NCBI GenBank assembly: GCA_038279365.1 | Contig: JAYODI010000108.1 | Coordinates: 1 to 16,406, forward strand | Length of the DNA: 16,406 bases | Source of the DNA: Candidatus Latescibacterota bacterium | GTDB lineage: Bacteria > Latescibacterota > UBA2968 | Direction: 5' to 3' | Shown here: positions 8,206 through 16,406 of the stretch, piece after piece | Position numbering within the stretch: position 1 is the stretch's first letter | Layout: each line of letters starts with the position of its first letter | The notes under the pieces: generated by a model | What the model was told of the DNA's origin: nothing | Databases searched by the model: none | Seen by the model: only the letters and a program-made list of their open reading frames with translations | Position numbers and translations under genes: made by a program

Positions 8206-10632
8206 ATGTCTTTATTAGATCGCATCCGAAAAAATAAAAAAGACACACAATTTCAAGAGATTGAGGAATATCGCGATCTTTTAGAAACGCCCAAAGAATT
8301 TGAAGATGGTTTTAATCTTAAGACCATTGTGGGTGCTTTGTTTGTGTCTATTGTGATGGTTCCGGGTAATATATACTTGGAATTGATGATTGGTGGCTCT
8401 ATTGGTGCGGCAGCTCAATGGGTCACCATTATTTTGTTTATTGAGCTGGCCAAAAGGTCGTTTACGACGCTTAAACGACAAGAAATTTATTTGTTGTATT
8501 ATGTAACAAGCGCCCTTATCAATCGCGAGTCGGGGGCATTTGAAGGATTGTTGTGGCACCAATATTTTGTGCAGTCTCCGGCGGTGGTGCAGTTTGGTAT
8601 TCAGAAGATGATGGAGAAGCTGTGGTGGTATGCCCCGCCAGCAAATTCGGAAGCCATTTTAGAACGCACCTTTTTTCATGCCGATTGGTTTTGGCCCATT
8701 ACCTTTTTGGTGCTGGGGATGATTATGGGGCGCATTGCTTGGTTTTCGGCCAGTTATGTGTTGTTTCGCATTACATCAGATTATGAAAAATTGCCTTTTC
8801 CATTTGCACCCATCAACGCACAAGGTGCCATGGCTTTGGCCGAAGAAAGCAGCGGTGAAATTACGTGGAAATGGCGTGTGTTTTCTATTGGTGCCGTTAT
8901 TGGTGTGGTGTGGGGGGCCATTTATGTGGCTGTGCCAGCCATTACGGGGGCGTTTATGGAACAACCCGTACAATTGATACCCATTCCTTGGGTCGATTTT
9001 ACACAATATACGGGTTATTTTTTGGGTGCAACACCTATTGGGTTTACTTTGCACTTAGGCCCCATATTTGCCGGATTTTTGGCTCCGTTTTGGGCCGTGA
9101 TGGGGGCATTTATTGGGGTGATGGTTCATACCATAGCCAGTCCTATCTTGTATGAATATGGGTTTATGCCACACTGGTTTATTGGTATGGATACGATTCA
9201 GACGCATTTTGTGACTGGTATTGATTTTTGGATGAGCTTTGGGATTGGTATTACATTTGCCATTACGATTATTGGTTTTTATCAGGTGTGGACGGGGGTG
9301 CGATCTGTTAATATTGAAAAACAGGGAGAACGCACCTGGAAAACCCCACCTGGGCGTGGAGATTTTAAAATTTGGATTTGTGTGGTGCTGTTTTGTTTGG
9401 CAAGTTTATATACCATAGTGTTGTCGAAAATTTTATTTCCCGATTTGGTTACCACCACACTGTTGATCTTTTTCTTTGTTTTTGCTTTTGTGTATACCCC
9501 ATTGATCTCATTTGTGAATGCGCGTTTGGATGGGATGGTCGGGCAAAATTTGAATATTCCATATATCAAAGAAGCGACGATCTTTTTAAGTGGATTTAGA
9601 GGGATTGAAATTTGGTTTGTTGACTTTGGCTTAGATAACTATGGTGCGGCAGCGGAACGATTCCGACAGATCGAACTGACGGGGACGAAGTTTACGAGTA
9701 TTTTACGTGCCGAATTGTTTATGGTGCCCTTGGTATTTTTAACCAGTTTTATGTATTGGTCCTATATCTGGAAGTTGGCACCCATTCCTTCAGATGCCTA
9801 TCCTTATGTGCAATTGATGTGGCCCTTGCGTGCCTTGCAGAGAAGTGTTTGGATTACCAGTACGATGGGCAGTGAGACCAAGGTTGATAAAGCGGCCGAG
9901 ACCGTTACTTGGATACCGAGTAATTTGTCGAACAATTCATGGTGGTATTGGCGGGTACGTGCCTCTGCCGATGTGGGGTTGCCACCTGATCAACGCCAAT
10001 ATGGACCGTGGTCGCGCGTGGCTTATTTTTATACCAATTTTGATGAGGCCAAACCCCCGCCGCATCCAGTAGCTAATTTGCGTCGTGGACCACCCGATTT
10101 GTCTGATGCGCTTGCAAGTGGGTTGCCATCGGCACCAGAAATTAGAAGTGCCGATGAGGGGGCGCACATGATTTCGCCCAACCCAGAGCTTTTGATTTCT
10201 GAAGCTTTGGATCCACAAGGGCGTGAGTTGGTTTATCAATTTGAAATCGATCAGGTACCCACATTTGATGGCGCATTTTTACAAGGGTCTGATGACAAGC
10301 CTATTTTGTTTGAAGCACTCAAACCGAAAATTATTTTTGCTGGGTTTGTGGTTGGCATCGTCTCGTTTGTTGTGTTGTCTATTTTTGGCTTGCCAATCTT
10401 GCTGATCTTTGGTTACGTGCGCAGTTTGACCAGTATTCCGCACACGCTGATCACCGAAATTATTGGCGCATTGCTGGCGCGCTATTACTTTTGGAAAAGA
10501 TTTGGCAAACAACAATGGCGCATTTATGCCACAGTGTTAATGGTGGGCTTTTCGGTGGGTATGGCACTTGTGGGGATGGCTTCAGTGTCGATTGCCATGA
10601 TTCAAAAATCGGTATCTGTGTTGTTGTTTTAA
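8206..10632 (+). CDS. OPT oligopeptide-transporter-like membrane protein with inserted FN3/Ig-like domain (808 aa)
   Basis: Polytopic hydrophobic protein with OPT-like pattern (YLELMIG, LKRQE, EKLPFPFAP). Hydrophilic insert at about 9865-10300 with WYWRVRA and GPWS motifs. Confidence 0.75.
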   Translation: MSLLDRIRKNKKDTQFQEIEEYRDLLETPKEFEDGFNLKTIVGALFVSIVMVPGNIYLELMIGGSIGAAAQWVTIILFIELAKRSFTTLKRQEIYLLYYVTSALINRESGAFEGLLWHQYFVQSPAVVQFGIQKMMEKLWWYAPPANSEAILERTFFHADWFWPITFLVLGMIMGRIAWFSASYVLFRITSDYEKLPFPFAPINAQGAMALAEESSGEITWKWRVFSIGAVIGVVWGAIYVAVPAITGAFMEQPVQLIPIPWVDFTQYTGYFLGATPIGFTLHLGPIFAGFLAPFWAVMGAFIGVMVHTIASPILYEYGFMPHWFIGMDTIQTHFVTGIDFWMSFGIGITFAITIIGFYQVWTGVRSVNIEKQGERTWKTPPGRGDFKIWICVVLFCLASLYTIVLSKILFPDLVTTTLLIFFFVFAFVYTPLISFVNARLDGMVGQNLNIPYIKEATIFLSGFRGIEIWFVDFGLDNYGAAAERFRQIELTGTKFTSILRAELFMVPLVFLTSFMYWSYIWKLAPIPSDAYPYVQLMWPLRALQRSVWITSTMGSETKVDKAAETVTWIPSNLSNNSWWYWRVRASADVGLPPDQRQYGPWSRVAYFYTNFDEAKPPPHPVANLRRGPPDLSDALASGLPSAPEIRSADEGAHMISPNPELLISEALDPQGRELVYQFEIDQVPTFDGAFLQGSDDKPILFEALKPKIIFAGFVVGIVSFVVLSIFGLPILLIFGYVRSLTSIPHTLITEIIGALLARYYFWKRFGKQQWRIYATVLMVGFSVGMALVGMASVSIAMIQKSVSVLLF

Positions 10633-10645
10633 AAGCGACGAAACT

Positions 10646-10768
10646 GCGAATAGACAAAACGCTCACAAGCGAATCGTCTATGACTCGCTTCGCTTTTGAG
10701 CAGCAGGGCAGCTTTGCTGCATTTCCTGTGGGAATTTGCCTTCGGCACCTGCTGGTTCGTCTATTTGC
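10646..10768. other. Multi-branched structured intergenic element (candidate ncRNA, MITE or REP-like)
   Basis: Terminal stem GCGAATAGAC/GTCTATTTGC; arm GCTCAcAAGCGAA/TTCGCTTtTGAGC; stem CAGCAGG/CCTGCTG enclosing three short hairpins. Confidence 0.55.
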
Positions 10769-10796
10769 CTATTTGTTTATGATTTAGGGGGCTGCC

Positions 10797-11468
10797 GTGA
10801 TCGCTGATTTGCTCAAGCAAGTGCCTCTTTTCGCCAATTTGACAGAGGCGGAGTATGGAACGCTGGCTGAGGTGATGATGGTTCGGAAGTTTCCCAAAGA
10901 TTGTATGGTGATTTGGGCAGAAGATGAGGGTGATTCTTTTTTTGTTATTCGCTCGGGAGAGGTGAAAGTTACTGTAAATGCTTCCGATGGGCGTGAGGTC
11001 ATTCTCTCTTCTTTGGGCGTGGGTGATTTTTTTGGTGATATGTCGCTTTTAGATGGTGCGCCACGCTCTGCCAATGTGGTAACATTGTTGCCAACAGAAG
11101 TATTGGTTTTGCGCCGTGTTGATTTTTTGCGGGCTTTGGGTGCCTATCCCAGTATTGCGGTGCATTTGATGGTGGCCTTGGCGGCTCGATTGCGTCGGGC
11201 TGACCATCAGACGGCCAATTTGGCACTGCTGGGAATTGCAGATCGCATTTGCCATGTTTTGATGGAAATTGCTGAGGAAGATGGGGTTGAAACCGCGGAA
11301 GGTATTGTCATTCGCAAACGGCCAACCCATCAAATGATTGCAAGTATGTCTGGTACTGCTCGCGAAACGGTTACACGCGTACTCAAGCAATTAAGTGATG
11401 ATGGCTATATTCGATCTGATGGGCGCGAGTTGGTTATTGTTAAACGCAATGATGCTTTTATTGCCTGA
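10797..11468 (+). CDS. Crp/Fnr family transcriptional regulator (223 aa)
   Basis: GTG start after AGGGGG. cNMP-binding barrel (VPLF, SGEVKV, GDFFGDMSLLDGAPRSA) and HTH THQMIASMSGTARETVTRVL. Confidence 0.95.
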   Translation: MIADLLKQVPLFANLTEAEYGTLAEVMMVRKFPKDCMVIWAEDEGDSFFVIRSGEVKVTVNASDGREVILSSLGVGDFFGDMSLLDGAPRSANVVTLLPTEVLVLRRVDFLRALGAYPSIAVHLMVALAARLRRADHQTANLALLGIADRICHVLMEIAEEDGVETAEGIVIRKRPTHQMIASMSGTARETVTRVLKQLSDDGYIRSDGRELVIVKRNDAFIA

Positions 11469-11600
11469 CGGGTACGAGATCACATCTTAATAAGTCACTT
11501 GTGTATGTCTTCTGGGCATGATGATTTTAGGTTAAAAATGTGTGGTTTATGTATGGCAGGTTCATTCTGTGTAGGGTGAATCATTTCGAATGGGAATGGT

Positions 11601-12599
11601 ATGGCAAACGAACGTTTTATTATTACTGGTGCTTTGGGTTGTATTGGTGCTTGGACGGTGCGCAATTTGGTGCGTGAAAATGTACCCGTAACGGTATTTG
11701 ATTTGGCATCTGAGCCCAAACGGTTGAAGTTGTTGCTTTCGGATGAAGAGTTGGCAATGGTTTCATTTGTTGCGGGCGATATTACAGACTTGGGTGCTTT
11801 TGAAAAAGCACTGGACGATCATCAAGTTACACACGTTATCCACTTGGCAGGTCTTCAGGTTCCTTTTTGTAAGGCCGACCCACCTATGGGTGCGCGGGTT
11901 AATGTATTGGGTACGGTCAATGTGTTTGAGGCTGTGAAACGTCGCAAAGATCGTATTGGGCAAGTGGTTTATGCCAGTTCCGTTGCTGTATTTGGTTCAC
12001 CAGAAGATTATGAACCCGGTGCGGCATTGACCGATGAAGCGGCATTGAAACCCCATACACATTATGGTGTATATAAACAAGCCAATGAAGGAACGGCTCA
12101 TGTTTACTGGCATGACAATGGCATTGCGTCTATTGGTTTTAGACCTTATGTGGTCTACGGGGTTGGCCGAGATCAGGGTGTGACATCTACACCTACAACT
12201 GCGATGTTGGCCGCAGCGGCAAACAAACCCTATCATATTTCATATGGTGGACAAACGGTTTTTCAATATGCCGATGATACGGCGCGGGCGTTTATTCAGG
12301 CGGCTCGCACCAAATATGAAGGCGCTGGGGCTTTTAACTTGGGTGGTTTGTCGCCCCATATGACCGAAGTGGTGTCTGCCATTCAAAAGGCGGCTCCCGA
12401 AGCGGCAGATAAAATTACATTTGAAGATCTGCAATTGCCATTTCCTCCAGAAGTGGATGGGACGCGTTTGGAAGGGGCCATTGGCAAGGTGCATCACAAA
12501 CCCTTAATTGAGGGTGTTGCAGAAACGATTGATATGTTTCGCGCACTTATTCAACAGGGTAAAGTGGATGCAGATGCTTATATTGCAGAGCGATCTTGA
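11601..12599 (+). CDS. NAD-dependent epimerase/dehydratase (extended SDR, 332 aa)
   Basis: TGALGCIG Rossmann motif, HLAG, NVLGT, ASS, catalytic YGVYK, R...VYG. Confidence 0.93.
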   Translation: MANERFIITGALGCIGAWTVRNLVRENVPVTVFDLASEPKRLKLLLSDEELAMVSFVAGDITDLGAFEKALDDHQVTHVIHLAGLQVPFCKADPPMGARVNVLGTVNVFEAVKRRKDRIGQVVYASSVAVFGSPEDYEPGAALTDEAALKPHTHYGVYKQANEGTAHVYWHDNGIASIGFRPYVVYGVGRDQGVTSTPTTAMLAAAANKPYHISYGGQTVFQYADDTARAFIQAARTKYEGAGAFNLGGLSPHMTEVVSAIQKAAPEAADKITFEDLQLPFPPEVDGTRLEGAIGKVHHKPLIEGVAETIDMFRALIQQGKVDADAYIAERS

Positions 12600-12622
12600 T
12601 GATTTTTATATTGTAATTTTGG

Positions 12623-12650
12623 AAGGCTCCGGGAAGACCCGGGGCCTTTT
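12623..12650 (+). terminator. Rho-independent terminator after the SDR gene
   Basis: AAGGCTCCGGG-AAGA-CCCGGGGCCTT-TT: GC-rich stem with one U-G pair and a short U tract, about 25 nt after the stop. Confidence 0.78.
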
Positions 12651-12765
12651 GCACATCTATGATTGTGATTTCTATAGGTATAGGTCACCAATCTTCGCTT
12701 GACAGTGTGATCTATGGGCATGACATTATGATGATGCCATGATCTTTTATAATGGGGAATGGGCA

Positions 12766-13908
12766 ATGGATGAACATTTTGATGTTTTGATTTCGGGAGG
12801 CACCGTTCTTGATCCGGCCAATCACATTCACAAACGATGTGATGTGGGTTTGAAAGATGGTCGGGTGGCTGCTGTGGGGCAGGCGCTCGGGCAAGCACAA
12901 GATGTGATTGATGCTTCGGGTTATTATGTGGTGCCAGGTTTGATAGATTTGCATACCCATGTTTATAAAGATGTTTCATTTTTTGGTATTGAAGCAGACG
13001 ATCTATGCCCTCGCACGGGTGTGACCACCAGTATTGACACGGGCACGGCAGGGTGGATCAATTACCGTGGTTTAGAGCGATATGTGATTGAGCGTTCATC
13101 TACACGTATTTTGGCTTATGTCAATTTGTCTGGGGTGGGGTTGCCTTGGCGTCGGGGTGAAATGGTTTTTGAAGGCTATGTATCGCCCGAAGAGTGTGCA
13201 AAGGCTGTGTTGAACCATCCCAAAACAACATTGGGTGTAAAAGCGCGGCTTTATGCGGGGGTAGGTGGTGACCGCGATGTGCGAGATTTGTTAAAATTGG
13301 CCGTTGATGCAGCAGAGCGATGTGAAAAGCCCTTAATGATTCATGTGAGCAATGCCGATGTGCCATTAGAAGATATGCTTTCTCTGTTGCGCGCTGGCGA
13401 TATTGTTACCCACTGTTTTCACGGGACCAATCCGGCATCTATTTTGGATGACAAAGGCAAAGTGCTTTCTCAGGCGCGTGATGCGCGAGATAAGGGTGTC
13501 ATTTTTGATATTGGACATGGATTGGGTAGTTTTAGTTATGATATTGGTCGTGCGGCTATGGAAGATGGATTTCCACCCGACACCATTAGCAGTGACATTC
13601 ATACACTGAATATCGATGGCCCTGTTTATGATTTGCCCACCACGATGTCCAAGTTTTTGAATTTGGGCATGCCATTGGATGAGGTGATTGCTCGAACCAC
13701 CATTGAACCTGCCAAAGTGATTGATCGGGCAGAGGATTTGGGGCATTTGAGTGTGGGCGCGGCAGGGGATGTGGCGATTTTGGAATTGGAAAAAGGGTCA
13801 TTTGAATTAACAGATTCGATGCAAAAGGTGCTGATGGGTGAGCACCGATTAACGTGTCGGGCATCAGTGAGAGATGGAAAAATTTGGTGGCAAGAGAGCA
13901 ATGAATAA
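12766..13908 (+). CDS. Amidohydrolase/deacetylase family metallohydrolase (dihydroorotase-like, EF_0837/Atu3266 type)
   Basis: PGLIDLHTH, GVTT..D.G, GVKARL, MIH, THCFHG, DIGHG..SF, SSDIH. Start placed at ATG 12766 after GGGGA; the track uses 12739. Confidence 0.9.
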   Translation: MDEHFDVLISGGTVLDPANHIHKRCDVGLKDGRVAAVGQALGQAQDVIDASGYYVVPGLIDLHTHVYKDVSFFGIEADDLCPRTGVTTSIDTGTAGWINYRGLERYVIERSSTRILAYVNLSGVGLPWRRGEMVFEGYVSPEECAKAVLNHPKTTLGVKARLYAGVGGDRDVRDLLKLAVDAAERCEKPLMIHVSNADVPLEDMLSLLRAGDIVTHCFHGTNPASILDDKGKVLSQARDARDKGVIFDIGHGLGSFSYDIGRAAMEDGFPPDTISSDIHTLNIDGPVYDLPTTMSKFLNLGMPLDEVIARTTIEPAKVIDRAEDLGHLSVGAAGDVAILELEKGSFELTDSMQKVLMGEHRLTCRASVRDGKIWWQESNE

Positions 13909-13944
13909 GCAAGCATATCGGTTTCGTTTTTAAAGGGGATTTAC

Positions 13945-14895
13945 ATGGCAAAAAAAAAGGGTTTGGTTGATCCATTTGCGCTAACAGATGCCGATGGATA
14001 TATGTGGTTGAAAGGGAATTTGCATTCTCACTCAACCAATTCGGATGGGAAGGTGTCTCCTCAAGAACGTGTGGATGGGTATGTGAAGGCAGGATATGAT
14101 TATTTGTGTGTGTCCGATCATCATACCATTACACGCATTGATACGGTTTCTTGCCCAGAAGACTTTACTTTGATACAAGGTGTGGAGTTACACCCAGACA
14201 ATCCATTTGGTGGGCAACGGCATCATTTTTTGGCGTTGAATATGAAAGAAGATATGGATGCGGGCAAAATGCCGCCTCAACATGTGATTGATGCGGTTAT
14301 TAAACAAGGTGGTTCGGTGTGGTTGGCGCATCCCCATTGGAGTTCTGTCAATATTTTGCGTGACACGCTTCCTCTAAATGGTTTGGCGGGTATTGAAGTG
14401 TTTAATACAACATGTCGTTGTATGGGGCGCGGTGAATCGTCGGTACATTGGGATGATTGGATGGAATTGTCGGGGCAGATTTTGCCTGCCATGGCCAATG
14501 ACGATGCCCATGCAGCGGAGGCCACTAAGCGAGATACCTATCATGGATGGACGATGGTGCGTGTCAAAAATCGAACGGCAAAGGCTATTGTGAATGCATT
14601 GGCAACTGGGGCAAGTTATTCGTCGTCTGGGCCAGAAATTCGCAATATTCAACTCAAACTTGTTGACAATAAAAAACGAACGGTTGAAGCAACGGTGTCG
14701 AGTTCAAAGGCACAACGCATTTTTGCCGTATGTGATTCATATGGTGTGGAGTATCATACGGGTGGCAAATTGTTTGAGACGGCCACCTTTACGCTTCGCC
14801 CAGGTGCAAAATATGTTCGGTTTGAAATTGTAGATGCCAAAGGATATAAGGCGTGGTCAAATCCGTATGATTTGACGAGACTCAAGACGACTTAA
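13945..14895 (+). CDS. PHP-domain metallohydrolase (CehA/McbA-like, 316 aa)
   Basis: KGNLHSHSTNSDG, SDH, GVE, HH, AHP, IEVFN, NDDAH, C-terminal YVRFE...AWSNP; AAGGGG RBS. Confidence 0.88.
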   Translation: MAKKKGLVDPFALTDADGYMWLKGNLHSHSTNSDGKVSPQERVDGYVKAGYDYLCVSDHHTITRIDTVSCPEDFTLIQGVELHPDNPFGGQRHHFLALNMKEDMDAGKMPPQHVIDAVIKQGGSVWLAHPHWSSVNILRDTLPLNGLAGIEVFNTTCRCMGRGESSVHWDDWMELSGQILPAMANDDAHAAEATKRDTYHGWTMVRVKNRTAKAIVNALATGASYSSSGPEIRNIQLKLVDNKKRTVEATVSSSKAQRIFAVCDSYGVEYHTGGKLFETATFTLRPGAKYVRFEIVDAKGYKAWSNPYDLTRLKTT

Positions 14896-14919
14896 AAAAT
14901 TAACAGCAGAGGAATGGTC

Positions 14920-15669
14920 ATGAACGCTGGTGGTTTGACACAGGCGCAAATTGGACAATATAAAAAAGACGGTTATTTGGTTGTAAATGACTTGTTGACG
15001 GCCTCTGAGGTAGAAACATTTTTGGCAGAAGAAGCCAAAGAGAAACCACAAGCTTGGAAAGAATTGGCTTTACGGCGTTATACGGTTGATCCTCAGTGGC
15101 AGTTTTTGGCCAAACATCCTAAAATCAGTGGTATGGTGAGCCAATTGATGCAGGGTTCACCTCGGATTGTTCAGACAATGTATATGAACAAACGTCCAGA
15201 AGGAGGTACGGGGGTAGCGCTTCATCAGGACACACATTATATCCGCAATGAGCCCAATACACTGATGGCTTGTTGGCTTGCTTTAAGTGATACCGACAAA
15301 GACAATGGCGGGTTGTGCGTGGTACCGGGCAGTCACACGCGCCCACTTTATCAAACGGCTGCACCCAAAGATGATTCTGAGCATGCCAAATGGGAAAAAG
15401 TATATCAGATGCGCGGGCCAGATGGACAAGAATGGGATTTGCCCATGACATCGCATGAAATATTGGGCTTAGATCCATCGGAGATTGTGTATTTAAGTGT
15501 GCCCAAAGGCAGTGGGGTCTTTTTTACAAGCATGACGATTCACGGTTCATTTGCCAATCGGTCTGGTACTCGCCCCCGTTTGGCATTTGCCACACATTAT
15601 GTGAAAGAGGGAACGTGGGTTTATCGCACGGATATTCAAGAAACCGTTCCCGTTTTTGCAGGTTCATAA
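14920..15669 (+). CDS. Phytanoyl-CoA dioxygenase (PhyH) family Fe(II)/2-oxoglutarate dioxygenase
   Basis: HQD, W.AL.D....NGGL.VVPGSH, IHGS..N.S...R. GAGGA RBS at 14909-14913 fits ATG 14920 better than 14914. Confidence 0.92.
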   Translation: MNAGGLTQAQIGQYKKDGYLVVNDLLTASEVETFLAEEAKEKPQAWKELALRRYTVDPQWQFLAKHPKISGMVSQLMQGSPRIVQTMYMNKRPEGGTGVALHQDTHYIRNEPNTLMACWLALSDTDKDNGGLCVVPGSHTRPLYQTAAPKDDSEHAKWEKVYQMRGPDGQEWDLPMTSHEILGLDPSEIVYLSVPKGSGVFFTSMTIHGSFANRSGTRPRLAFATHYVKEGTWVYRTDIQETVPVFAGS

Positions 15670-15698
15670 AATATTTAAAAATATATGAGGAGAACGCC

Positions 15699-16406
15699 AT
15701 GTATGTTGGGTGTCAGTATATTGGTACATCAAAACACGAATTACAGTTTTTAACGCGTCATGGTGTTACGCATATGGACACCCGCATTGATGCAGATAAC
15801 CTCGACCTGATGCTCAAGATGCGGGAAGAAGCAGCCGCTGAAGGTGTAGATTTGGAGATGATTCATATTCCAATAGCGGAGAGCATTACGTTGGCAGAAG
15901 ATCCGCAACGCGATCGCGACTTGGATGCCATTTGCCGTTGGATTGAAAATGCAGCCAAAGCCGGTATTCGGGGTTTGAATTATAATTTTTCTGTGGTGGG
16001 GTATCAACGCACAGAGCCACGATACGGACGAGGCGGGTCACAGTTTAGTTCATTTGAATTTTCTAAGTATAATAATGATGAACCGCATAAAGGTGGGCAG
16101 GTTGATCGCGATGAAATTTTTGCACGCGCGTCTTATTTTTTGGAACGTGTGATTCCCGTTGCAGAAGCCAATAAGGTTCAAATGGCAAGTCATTTGCCCG
16201 ATCCGCCCATTCCTGTGATGCGGGGTGAAGCACGGTGGAATTACCCTGTTTTTGAAGGTTTAAAACAATTTAGTGAGTTGGTTGATAGCCCATATCACGG
16301 GTTTAAGTTTTGTTGTGGTGTGGCTGCTGTAGGCTTGGATGATCCTGGAAATGAATTGCCACCTATTGTGGAATATTTCTCGGAAAAGAAGAAAATTTTC
16401 AACGTC
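15699..16406 (+). CDS. Mannonate dehydratase (UxuA)-family protein, continues beyond the right edge
   Basis: Absent from the ORF track. GAGGAG RBS, ATG 15699, open to the window end: MYVGCQY...IENAAKAGIRGLNYNF...RT....GRGG...YFLERVIPVAEANKVQMASHLPDPP...DSPYHGFKFCCG...KKIFNV. Confidence 0.85.
   Translation, partial: MYVGCQYIGTSKHELQFLTRHGVTHMDTRIDADNLDLMLKMREEAAAEGVDLEMIHIPIAESITLAEDPQRDRDLDAICRWIENAAKAGIRGLNYNFSVVGYQRTEPRYGRGGSQFSSFEFSKYNNDEPHKGGQVDRDEIFARASYFLERVIPVAEANKVQMASHLPDPPIPVMRGEARWNYPVFEGLKQFSELVDSPYHGFKFCCGVAAVGLDDPGNELPPIVEYFSEKKKIFNV

Noticed and set aside
10700-10755. Glycine riboswitch (minus-strand GCCGAAGG) or tRNA as the identity of the structured element
   Set aside because: Lacks the GGAGA and CTCTCAGG riboswitch motifs, points away from the downstream gene, and has no T-loop, D-loop or 7-nt anticodon loop.
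10491-10787. 98-aa plus-strand ORF spanning the structured element
   Set aside because: Overlaps the upstream CDS by 142 nt out of frame and has no recognisable motif.
12699-12753. Promoter for the amidohydrolase operon (TTGACA 12699, TATAAT 12748)
   Set aside because: The hexamers are 43 nt apart and neither has a well-spaced partner, so no promoter can be placed confidently.
13950-13958. A9 tract as a phase-variation switch
   Set aside because: Encodes an ordinary N-terminal AKKK with the frame intact; common in A/T-rich 5' ends.
1717-16007. Many short antisense or alternate-frame ORFs inside the large genes
   Set aside because: They overlap motif-bearing genes and show no recognisable domains; expected shadows.

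Overview
Bacterial chromosomal window. Gene content resembles Latescibacterota/Poribacteria-type genomes, which is an inference only. The left end holds the 5' part of a minus-strand gene for a secreted cohesin-like protein with a Thr/Pro linker, then a minus-strand tRNA-Phe(GAA) with its own promoter and terminator. A near-consensus sigma70 promoter, with a perfect 9-1-9 palindrome over its -35, points into a three-gene membrane cluster: a 675-aa DUF6785/DUF6784-type OPT-like protein, a 1501-aa fusion of an apparently inactive M28 peptidase domain with a MacB/FtsX permease, and an 808-aa OPT-like transporter carrying what looks like a circularly permuted FN3/Ig-like insert. No ABC ATPase gene lies in the window. 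A compact multi-branched structured element separates this cluster from a CRP/FNR regulator gene. The right part has catabolic genes: NAD-dependent epimerase/dehydratase, amidohydrolase, PHP hydrolase, PhyH dioxygenase and a partial mannonate-dehydratase-like gene. The membrane cluster is the best candidate for an uncharacterised system. All family calls come from motifs recognised by eye; no searches were run.
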